From NCBI GenBank assembly GCA_001643675.2, contig LSRY02000003.1:1364001-1428000 (forward strand): DNA of 64,000 nucleotides, in the 5' to 3' direction. Positions 1 to 12,000 of the stretch are shown in pieces. Position 1 is the stretch's first letter. Each line of letters opens with the position of its first letter. The translations under genes were made by a program, and so were the position numbers. This DNA comes from Monocercomonoides exilis PA203 (taxonomy: Eukaryota; Protista; Preaxostyla). A model generated the notes under the pieces. It was not told where the DNA came from, did not search any database, and saw nothing but the letters and a program-made list of their open reading frames with translations.

Positions 1-181
1 AACTCAAAAAGGTTTTAAAATGAAGAGATTTCCTAATTAAACGGCAAATAAAAAAAGGATTATAAAATGAAAATTTGACAATAAACTAACTTTCAGAAGC
101 TCTTGAGGTCGAGTTTTATTTGCCAATTAAACAAATTTATGATGGGCACAATCGGATAACACATATTATTTTTATTTAGAG

Positions 182-1777
182 ATGATGAACAATGTAATTT
201 TCGCTTTTATTTTCATGAGAATATATTCAAAAGTTAAGCTTTATAAATAAATTACATAAATTAAATAAGAACATCATGCATTTCCACTATTATTCGACAG
301 GTTTATTTTATGGAGACATTTGATAATGTTTCTATTGGAACGAAATGGATTATCTCTCAACAATCCAATTACACTGGAAATTGGTCAATCGAAAATAGAA
401 CAAATGATGTTATTGATGTGAATACAGAAGGTTTGATTATAAAAATTTCTAGTTTATTTTTTTTAACTTTTAACAATTTTTTATCACAAAGGCCTTGTAT
501 TAAAGACTGAAAGTTCAATGGACGCTATATCTGCAAAGACAAATTTCTCATTTAACTCTGATATTTTTATTATCCAATACGAGATTAAAGTGCAGAGACA
601 TCCTTTCATATGCGGAGGTGCATTCATCAAAGTATTCAATGAGGAATATGAGCAAAAAGCCCTTAGTACTGATACGAGGTATTCGGTTATGTTTGGACCC
701 GATAGATGCGGAAAAAAGGACAAGATTCAATTTGTTTTGCAAATTAAAAATAAAGAAGATGGAAAATGGAGAAAGCACATATTTACAGGAGATATTCCAG
801 GAATTTGGGATGACATGTCACATGTATACCGGCTGACTATTGTTAGAAGCGATTATTTTGTAATTTCAATTGATGGAAAAGCTAAAATTAATGAGACATT
901 TTCAAACAATCATTTTTCACCTCCTTTGAATTTTGAAACTCTAAAATCAAATGACGAACCAGCCATTGGAAATGCGAACGATGATCAGAAACATTTCCTT
1001 TCACACATTGGCCCTGTGAAGGGTGTTGGTTTTGTTCTCCATGCGATTAAAGCAAATCTTTTGTTTGACAACATTTTGATATGCGACAACGAGACAATGG
1101 CTAACATCTTTCTGTTGGGAACTTTTGTTCCAAGAAGACGGTTGGAACTAAAGAGGAAGCAAGAATTGTTAATAAAGCAGAAGGAAGGGCTTACGAGAAT
1201 GCTGAAAGAAGAATGGAAGAAGGCAAAAGAAGAGAGGAAAAAAAAGAGAGAAGAGAATCCAGAAAAATTCAGCCTTTTTGAGAAGTTTGTCAATTGGTCA
1301 GAAGATAAGCTGTTGCTTGCTTCGTCTGCTGTCTTCCTTGTTTTAGCATTTTTTGTGCTATTGGCGATGGGATGTTTTCAAGCATGCAAACTGTATTGTC
1401 GAACGCTGCCAGGAAAATCCATCGAGAATAAAAAGAGAAATTCACAATGCAAAACAAGAAAAATAGAATTTTCAAGAAATTCTCAACCGCAGCAAACGGA
1501 AGGATTTGAAAGGGGAAAACGGAATAAACAGAAGGAATTTAAAAGAAAACCATTTGATGTGCTGATTGATGAAGAGAAAGCGGAAGAAGAGCAACAATGT
1601 GGAGATGAAGATAGCAGTGTTTCCGATGAAAGCGAAAGTTTTTCAGAAAGTGATGCTTCAAGCTATGACTCTTCGACAGACAAAGATGATGAAACAGTAA
1701 TCAAAAAAGATGCATCAAACAGAAAAGAAGAAAAAAATTGTTGCAACAAATCCAACAAGAAAGTTAAAAAATTGTGA
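182..1777 (+). CDS. Calnexin/calreticulin-family type I ER membrane protein lacking the P-domain; exons 182-232, 301-430, 492-1777
   Basis: Splicing GT-AG introns 233-300 and 431-491 joins MMNNVIFAFIFMRIYSK-VYFMETFD...W...YTGNW...GLVLKT..AISAK. Family motifs CGGAFIK, YSVMFGPDRCG, HVYRLTI and LLFDNILI are present, followed by a TM helix (LLLASSAVFLVLAFFVLLAMGCF), an acidic tail and a C-terminal KxKxx (KVKKL). Confidence 0.85.
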
Positions 1778-3087
1778 AATATTTCTCTTTAACTGATGAA
1801 ATAAGTTCCGGATTATTACGTTTCAAAGCAGTTTATCTTTCTGTATTGTTTCTACAGGGCAAAAAGAAAAAATTAAGGAAATTATTTTTATTCTTGAATT
1901 CAAAGAATAAAACGTTTCAGATTTGATTCTATTTGAATAATTGTGCACAAATGAATTCATATTTCTAATGTTTTGCAATTTTTGTTCAAGATGTTAAGTG
2001 CCATCTTTGTTTTTGAAGATGCATTGTTAGATTTTCAAGTCAAATACATTTTGTTGAATTCTAATTTTTGACAAACAGTTTTTCAACTTGACTTTTGTTC
2101 GTTCTTCATTTGAATTGAACAATTTGACTTTAAACTTCTTTAAACAATTTTGAATATCCAAAAGTGGATAATTTCTTCTTCATCAGCAAAACCTCAATTT
2201 CTTTTTATAGCTGTATTTTAAGAAACATTATTGTGTCAAAAAAAAAAAAAAAATTCAAAATCAAACATTAAAGGCAGACTGTTATTTGAAACAAAAATGA
2301 ATGTGAAACATCAAAACATTTTAAAAATTGTACTTCTCTCTGTCTTTCGACTAAAACTTTTCAAACAATAACAAGAATTATAATGAAAACGTTATTAACA
2401 ATAAAGATGCAGCAATGCCAAGAGAAAATGAAAAGTTCTAAGATACATATGAAAAATGTCAGAAAGGAGATAAATCAAAAAAATTCTAAATATGTAGAAT
2501 ACAAGATTGAAAAGTTCGATAGCTTATAAGAAAGAATTGTATCTAAATAAATTGTAAATAAACAAAAACATAAAATTTGATTCAATAACTTGAATTTTTT
2601 TATAAAAAAACATTTCCCAACATAATGTGAGAAAACAATGAATCGAAATAAATCTTCGGATAAATAAAAAATTACATAGGGCAGGGTAAAAAAATTTAAA
2701 AAAAATATTTTGACCAAAACATAATTAGACTTATAAAAGAATCAATAATAAAGAATTGAGAAAGCAGAAAATAAATAATTGAGAAAGATTGAAAATTAAG
2801 AACAACTTGTACATAACACTGTATGAATAATAAAAATTTATTAAAAGACAATCAAAACTCCGTTTATCATCAAAAATAAAAACTTGAAAAAAATCAAAAA
2901 TGAAAGCAATAATATCGGCCAACAAGTAAAATCGTTTCAACAAAACATACAACTGTATTCTTTGATCCAAAATATAATTATACAATGTTTCACTTTTTAA
3001 TTTGTAAAACATATAAAAAAATATGTAATTAAGCACATAGTAAAACGACAAACACTTTTTAAAACCTCATATTTGATTTGAGCTTAT

Positions 3088-6000
3088 TTACTTCATTTCT
3101 TCTTCAAAATAATCATCAAAGTAACCGACGCTCAAGCGATCCTTTCCTCCTTCAAATACCTTCTCAGTTTCCTCAACTACCTGATTTTCTTTCTTCTTTC
3201 TCTTTCTCTTCTCCTTCTTCTCTTTCTTCGTTTTAACCTTTTTCTTCGAGGGTTGTTCTGTGTCAAGTACTGTTAAGTTCCCTACTTCTTCAAAGTCTTT
3301 TGATGCTTCCTTCTCTCTTTTCGCAAAAGCATCACCTAAAAACAAGTTCTGTTCATTATTAGCTCCTTTTTCTGATGCTGCTTTATTGAAAATCTCTTCT
3401 TCTTCACTGATAATGAACTCGTTGCTCATCAATCCCAAGCTTCTATCTGACCCTCTTTCTTCTCCTTCTTCTTCAACTCCGCCAAAAACCTCTTTGTCGA
3501 GTTGATTTTCTGTTGCTTTTTCAAGTTCGTCCAGTTCCCTAAGCTCCTCCTCTCCAAATTCCAGATCTCCATTCAAGAAGAATTCATCAATTATGTCTTG
3601 TAGCGCAACATCTTCCTCAGACTTTTGTTGTTTCTTTTTGTTGCTTGATTTCATCTTTTTATCTTTTTTATCTTTCTTTTCTTTCTTTTCTTTTTTATCT
3701 TTCTTGTCTTTCTTGTCTTTCTTTCTCTTCCTCTTCTTTTCTCCATCTTCTGAAATTGCCTGTGAATTCAATGCCATTCCCCTTAACAATTCATCTTCAT
3801 TATCTTCACCACTCTTTCCAAACACATTCATGTCACCAGAAGCGATATCTTGAGATTCACGATAAGATGTTGTCGCACCCTTGCCATTCATTGAAGTGAC
3901 AGTTGTTATCATCTTTTCATCCAGAAGTTCAGGCGTCTTTGGCGAAGCATTTGGATCACGTTGCGACAATTTTGAAGTAGAAGTCGTTGAATAAGCAGAT
4001 AAATCAGATGGAGATAAGATCGAATTAGAAACAGTAGTTGAATCAACGCTCTTTCCGAGAATCGTATCAAAGTCATCCAAATCAACGCAAAACATCTCTT
4101 TGCTCTGTTTGCTGTTGTCTTCCTCTCCTTCTATTTCATCCAGACCGGATGAATTTGAAGCAGAAGAAGAATTTGTCATTGATAAAGTATTCATCGATGC
4201 CATATTATTGTCAGCTGCTGAATTATGGAAAGCTTTTGAAAGTTTGTTTCCACGTTTTGTTTTCCTTCCTTTTGATTTCTGAGTTGATTTATATGAATCA
4301 GCAGCATTTGATTCTCTATCTTTATTTCCTGAAGTCTGTGAGGCTGTAAATGTCGAAGTAGATAAAATATCAGCAAAGAGATCCGAATGCATTGAATCTG
4401 AAGAGTGATTGAGCATATTTGACTGCTGTGTAATGTCGCTTCCTCTTTCTTGTTCTGTCAGATCATCAAACATGTCACTGCCACGACTTTCATTGAGCAA
4501 TGCAGGTGTTTGTACAAGTGTGAGTGTTTCATCTTCGTCAAATGATGGTTCAGAATTGGATGAAATTGATCTATTGAATGAGCGTCTGATATCTTCTCTT
4601 TCTTCGTCTGCATCTGGACTGTTCGCTAGAGGATTGATAGTGAAAGAACGCTTTCTAGAATTATTAATTGTACTATTGCTTTCAAAAAACTTGTTAGTTG
4701 ACTTCAACGAAGAGATCTTGCGAACACTGTATTCTTTTGATGCAGAAGGAGCATTCATCAACCCAGATGAAGGATTTAACGAGAGCAACGAAGCAGTCGA
4801 GGAAGTACAAGAGCTGTTTGGACTGCTCTTCTTCACTGGAAGCAGTTGGTCTGTGCTGCTAGTGAAATCATTTGAATCAATTCCATTCACAGACGATCCA
4901 TTAGTTACTTCGTCAACCACTTTGACTGGGAGTGTTTCTGAGGAAAGAGTCAAGTTGCAGCTTGCAGCTTTAAAGTCAGCATCGCTTTCATCCAAAGTCA
5001 TTTCTTTCTCCATTTCGTCCTCAGAAGAAATACTGTCAGGTGCTTCGTCTTGTTTGTGCTGCGAATTCTTTTTCTTCTTCTTCGATGTCACAATGACAAT
5101 TACCACAACAACAGAAACCACTCCAACCACAATCAATATGACCCACCAGGGGAATGCTCTTGACTGTGTCTTTTGCTCATTGACGTTGCGGTTTCCATCA
5201 TCAGGAGGCATCACAGGATCAGGTTCTGGCTCAGGTTCAATCACAGGCGGATCAGGAAGTGGAGGCGTGTTTCGTGTGTTCATATAAAAAGCAGTTGTTC
5301 GAAGAACGGTTCCAGAGGGATTCCAAAAACGAAGACATACATAAACATCTTCAACTTGCTTCACCTCTTCATCTTCTTCAACTCTATTATTGATTAAATG
5401 TCTCTTGTTCTTTGCGTGTTGTTTCTGCTTCTCTTTTTCCGCTTCCTCCTTTTCTTGCTCTTCTTTCTTTTTCTTTTCCTCTTCATCCTTCCTCTTCTTT
5501 TCTTCCTCTTCTTCCTCATCTCCCAACACGAGATCAGCATTCAGTACAACTTTAACAGTTGTCGGATCAACAAACTGCGCCACAGCCACATCTGTTGTTC
5601 TGTTCAAGCTTCCATCTTTCAAAATATAGCGCATTTCAGCAGTCACATTGCAAGGAAGAAGTGAAGTTCCTGTGAATGTTACAGTGATGGGCTCTCTTTC
5701 TTCAGTTGAGTCAGTATTCAAAATCTTTGATTTTTCAGTTGTTATCTGTTTTCTATGATTGCGACTTCTTTTGAAGTACGCAGATTTTTGTGCATCAGTC
5801 GAATCTCCTTCAATTTCTGTCGTTTGGTCCTCTTCTTCTTTAACTTCTTCTTCCTGCTCTTCTTCGATAGGCGTGTCTTCAGGTTTATCAGGCGCAATTT
5901 CTGGTTGGTCAGAACGTGTCATCTTTGAGACAGAAGGATGAAAGAGAAATCCTTTTGTGATCGAAGCATCATTATGCAGAGTACAAGAAGCAGAAAGAAT

Positions 6001-9000
6001 CCATAAATGTTCCATTTCCTTTACTTGCTCTTCTTCTTCTTCTTTGCTTTCTTCGCCCCCTTCTGTTGTTCCTTCTGCCTCTCCGCTAACTCGAGAAAGA
6101 ACAAACGGATAATTCTGATTATTAAAAGCAGATTGAGCTTCTGGAGGACTTGGCTTGATTGATGAAAGAATATCTAAATCAGCATTTCCATCGCAAATGA
6201 TATCTTTTCGTGCTTTTGGATACATTTTGCTTTCAATCCCATTTGACTCGAATACAACATCCTTTATAACAACATTTCCGCCTGTTACGCTAAATGCTCC
6301 GGACTCGCAATTACTTAACTGAGAGGCGGAAATATCGCATGAACTGTTAACAACACGAAGAATCGAGCCTTTCCAATCACAGAGAGCGTATATATCTTCT
6401 TCTGCCTCTAATTCAACACTTAATAATGCGTTCTTTGAAATAAGTCCTTTATTATATCCATCGATGAGTTGCTCATTCGATTCCATTGAATGCTTTTGAA
6501 TTGTTAATGCTTCATCCGAAGAAGTTGTTGCATTTCTGATTTCTCCATTGAACACACAATCACTCACTGCTAGAACAGCATTCTCAACATTAAGTGCACA
6601 TCCCAAAGATGATTCAGACACGCATTTTTCCACAATAATTCTCGTAAGTGACGCCTTTCCATGATTTACAGACAAAACACATGGACCGCTTCTTTCCTGG
6701 GTCAATCCCACAAAAATTGAATCTTCCAATTTCAGTGAAAAGTCTTCTTTTGGATGTGCATTCTTCATTGAAATAACTGCTCCATTTGAAAAAGAAATAC
6801 CCGACACATTCAGCTTTTTCAATGAAAAGAGTGCACCTTCTTCCAATGAAAATATAGGAGCATTGAATTCGAAGTTAGTTAGTTGCATGTCTTCAACATC
6901 TAATCGACCTCCAGAAATCAGAATAAGTGAGAAGGAGAACCGATATCTATGAAGATCATTACAGGTAAATGAAGATGAAGTCAATGTCGAATCAAACGGA
7001 TCAATGAATGAGTCTTCATGAAGTATTTCGCATTCAGAGACTTTAAGAGCATCCTTTGCCACATGCAGCAAAGAAGAATGTGAAGGGAAAGAAGAAGGAA
7101 TGCAGAAAATGCAATTATCGATTTCAACGCTCGATTGAACTGTAATCGGAGCTTTTCTGATTCCATTCGCTGGAGAATCAATGAATCGAATAATTCCTTT
7201 CTTTTCAGAAGAATGTTGAGAAGCTGTTGATGGAATTTCGCTGTCAACAGCTTTTCCGTCAATCAAAAACAATCGAGAAATAACGCTTTCACCTTTGAAA
7301 TAGCAGCTTTTGTCAATTGACACTTGCATTTTCGATGGATCCCTTTCAATTGCGTAGTTTAGTGAGTTGCAGGTATAATTCCAGAATCCGCAAGCAGACA
7401 CATCCAATCCTTCAGTTGACGTGTGGATCCAGTTGCTCAGCTCAAGCAAATAGTAACCAAGAGGAATCGCAATGGTGCTGTTGTGCTCGTCAAATCCTTC
7501 AAGTTCGTGTACATTCCATCCGTCAAACACTTTGAAGAAAGTGAGTGTGCTGTAAGTTATTTCCTTTGGTAAATAAAGTCCGTCCACAAACACATTCAAG
7601 CCCAGTTCAGCCGAGCTTGATGTGAAGTTCAAATCTCTCAAACAGAACGAAGCATCCAAATTCTGCGTGTATATTCCAATGCTTCCTCCTTTTCCCTTTG
7701 ATCCTGGCTCAGAAGGAGCGGAGCAGTCGTTAAAAGCACAATTGAATACTTCAATGACTGCAAGATAATTCATCTCAATAAACAAAGCTCCTCCACTCAA
7801 TCCTTCCTGATTGTTGTTTCTGTACCGGCTTTGATCTTTCTGATTGTTTTTGATCGTATTTGAAAGAGCATCATTTGATTTCTTCGAATTCGACGTTGAA
7901 GTTTTCGAAATATGGCAGTCAGTGAATGAGCAATTCTCAATTCTCGATATCAGCTGAGAGTCTGTCTCTCCTCTGTGTTCAATGCAGCTTCCATCTCCAT
8001 TTTGCTTGCTGATTGCTGTGAAAACGCATGAAGATATTGTTGCATTCTTCACGGAACTGAAGCAAATTACAGAAGAAGATGTTGAGCTGATCTGCTCAAA
8101 CTTTGAATTCTTGATGACTGTTGTAGTTTTACATCCAAATTGCATCAAAGGCGAAGAAGAAGTTGATGAAATAGAAGAAACAGCAAGATTTGTCATCGAA
8201 ACAACTGTTTCTTGACCCTGCGAAGAGATGAAACAAGAGTTTGTGAGAAGAATATTTTCGACATTTGCAGAACTCTGACCGATTGCCATAGGTTCCACTA
8301 TAAAATCAGTCACAGAGACTGTTCCGTAAGTAGCATCAAGGAAGCTGAAAGTGATTCTGTTGGAAGATGGAGGAATCAACGAAGATCGCTGGATTGTCAG
8401 TGTTCCTTTTCTGTTATTCATCAAAGTTGAATGACGATTAAGCACTTCAGGAACAACAAAATGAATATCGGTGATTGATGCTATGTTATGATTTTCGATT
8501 ATTCCTTTCATGTTTGAATTTGGCACTGTTTGAGTTATAAAGCATTTGCAGTTGCTTTCGTTTCCTTTCAGAATGAAAGAATCGAAAGAAACATTGAACT
8601 CATTCACCAGAGTGAATGATGAATTAACTGTAACATTCTTATCTTTAACCGACGTCTGTCTCCAAACAGCCCAATGCAGAGTTTTGCAATGATATTCATC
8701 AAATCCGCAAGCAGTTGTATCGACTCCATCGCTTGATACATAAACAGTTTTGTGCTGGTCGAGATTATAATAAACCAGAGGAATAACAGTCCAGTTGTTG
8801 TGTTCATTGTATCCAGAAAGAGAAGAATGATCGAAATAGTAGCAGTCCGGTGGAATTATAGGAATAAAAGGAAGCGAAGAACGAGTTATTGTTTCATTCA
8901 ATTTGTAAGAATCCACAAACATGTCTCTTCCAAATTCTGCTTTGTTTGCTGTTCGCTCATCAGACAGTGGGAAAGCAATCGGAGAAAACAGCCAATCCAA

Positions 9001-12000
9001 ATTGCTATCTATTGCATACACATAAACAGCGCCTCCCTTTCCGGAGCTTCCTTGTGTGTTTGGAACAGCACATGATTCAAATGAAGTGTTTTTCACTTCA
9101 AATCTTGTCTGTTTTCGCAGTCTCGCGTACATTGCGCCTCCAACAGAATTCGATTCGCTCAAAAAGCAGTTGTCAATTGCGTTATTTATTATTATAATTA
9201 GTCTATTATTTACAGAACTTTCAGCTTCTTCGGGTTCATCAAAACAGAATGCAGTACCATTTCCTCCTTTGATGTTGAGGCCACCGAAATGTGAGCAGCT
9301 AACATTTAGTTTATTTGTTCTCCTTGAATACAAAACAGAAGAAGAAGAAAACGAGATTGACATTACAGAAACATTATTCAAAGCCAGTAATTCTGCTTGA
9401 TCCGAAGTTAATATTGGTGTTGAACGAACATAGGAACTTGAAGTCAGCGAACGAATCGATGAAAGCACAGAATTTGTTGTACAAAGAGAAGCTCCATTTT
9501 GAATTTCAACAACTGATTTGTCTCCATCAATTGTTATTTGTTTCAGTGTTAATGAATCGAATGATGCAATAGTCGAAGAACCAGAGAGACTGAAAAGAGA
9601 AGTGAAATTCAGAATATTATCTGATAGATTGGAAAATGAATTTGACGAAGCAAATACAGTGGTTTCTGTTGCAATAAATGTGAACTTGCTAACTTCAACC
9701 TTCCCTGCTGTAACTTTCATAAATGCATTGTTAATTGTTCTGTCTTCAACAGCAACCAATGAGCATGAAGTCAAAGTGAATGAGTTACCAGAAACTGTGA
9801 AAATTGCTTCATGATTAGAAATAAGCTTCGGGACTTTTATCTTTAATTGCTTCAACGTTGTATTTGAATTGCTTTCAAACAATCCATTTTGATTGCTTTC
9901 TTCAACATTCATAATTATCATTTCTGCAATTGATGAATTAGGGGCAGTCAGAACAAACAATTCGTTTGGCACAGAAAATTCATGGCTCAATTCAAATGAC
10001 CCAATTACTGTTACATTACCCTTTTGAGGATTGTTCTGTCTATGAATCGCATAATTCAATGATTCACAATGATAATCGTCAAAGCCACAAGCAGTTGTGT
10101 TGAATCCTTCCGTAGAAATATAAATGGATGTTTCCAACGGAAGCAGATAGAAGCCAAGCGGAATTGATGTCCAGCTGTTGTGCTCATCGTATCCTTCCAT
10201 TGAAGAATGATCGAATCTTCTGTTTAATGGGAAAAATGGAAGACGGGAATGGATAATTGAGTGATTCAACGCTGGCGAAGTCACAAACAAGTCTCTTCCA
10301 AACTTTGCTTTATTCATAAATGAAGACGGATTTACTGGAAAAGTTGGAGTTTCAATTATCCAATCAGCTTCAGAATCTGTTAAGAATAGCAGAATCGCAC
10401 CACCACAACCATTTGCAGAAGCTGCATTTGAAGAAGAAGAAATAGTCGTTGATTCTTCATTCGGCACAGCGCATTCAGAAAATCTGCACCCCTTCAATTG
10501 GACAGATACAGTTCGTCCAAGTGAGGCAAAAATTGCACCTCCGCATGAGGAGTCAAAGATAGATGGAAGAGCGTCGTTGCTTTCCTCAACACTGTTTGTC
10601 TTTCGTGTATTTTTCAATGAAGACAATGCTTCTTCTCCAATCAATCTGCATCTTGTAAAAGAGCAATCACGTAAAGATATTGCTTCTCCTGAATTTGAGC
10701 TAAACTGAGAATCTTCTCCACACTCAATCCAAATCGCCGAGCCTCCTGTTTTTGTTCGTGTTGTGTCTGCAAATGTGCTGTTCGTAAGGTTAAGGAGAAT
10801 GGAATGAATGCTTCGAAGAATGGAAGCGTCTTTAAAGTGTGTTGTGTTAACAACAATAGATTCGATTTCAACAGAACTGCAAGAAGAAGAAGAAATCAAA
10901 GGCGAATAATCATTCGACAATTCAGTCAAAGTGGATTTTTTGAAAAAGAGCTTTGATCTATTTGATACATCAATTGTTGCGTTATTTCCTTTAGAGACAA
11001 CTGAAGTTAAGGAAAAGTTATCGAGAACGGCAGATGCTGTCATTCCGTTGATGGTTAACAGTGAAGTTGAAGATAGAATAGTTTGTTGAGCAGCATCATT
11101 TGTTTGGGCTGCAGATGCTAACATTGATGAAGATGAATTTGTCTTAATCCAATTGGGTGTATTTTGTACAAAGACGCAAGGAGCAATATCAAATGCCTCA
11201 ACATTCAGCTGTCCTCCTTCCACGTAAAACATAGGGTATTTCAGCGTGTGTGAAATCTCAGTTGGAATAAGAGAACAACAAGCAACATTAACAGTTCCGC
11301 TAATCTGTCGCAAAAATGATGAGTGCCTTTCAATTGTTTCAGGCAAGCAGAAATCAATTTTATTAAATAAAGTATTTGTATTGCTGTTCTCAAACACGCC
11401 AGTGAAATCTTCGTTGTTTTGTAAATCACGAACAACAAACTGAGCGTGTCTTTCTTCTTTGCTGGAAATAATCGAAAGATTATAAAATAAATTAGTTCCA
11501 GTCCACAAATCACCAACTCTAAACTGATTCATCAAATACATCGTATCATTTATTGTTACGTGTTTTATGTCGCTCCGCTGTCTCCAAACGGTCCAGGGCA
11601 AAGAATAGCAGTGATATTCATCATATCCGCATGCAGTTGTATCATTTCCGTATGTTGACACATATTGAGTCTGGTGTTGATTGAGCAAATAATATGTTAG
11701 CGGAATATTATATGTTGCATTATGTTCATTGAACCCTTCCATCTCTGAATGATCAAAGTAATAGCTCTGAGGATATACTGGACTTACAAAAGGAAGAGAA
11801 GCATTTGTAATCGTTTGGTTCAAAAACGGAGATGACACAAAAATATTTCGCCCAAGTGTGGCTTGATTTGCGTTTGCTTCAGATTTTGCTGGGAAAGAAG
11901 GTGTCGAAATCATCCAAGAAGCAAGCTGATGATGGAAATGAAGCGAAATAGCACCTCCAAGACCAATTTTTGCATTTGAAGAAACTGGATACGTTTGAGA

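Noticed and set aside
1950-3060. Short Phe/Leu/Ile-rich ORFs and an A-run near 2238 in a convergent spacer
   Set aside because: Expected from AT-rich noncoding DNA; no TSD, splice-consistent model or homology recognised.
4409-5287. 292-aa antisense ORF inside the giant gene
   Set aside because: Codon-aligned antisense frame of a Ser/Glu-rich tail with no recognisable domain.
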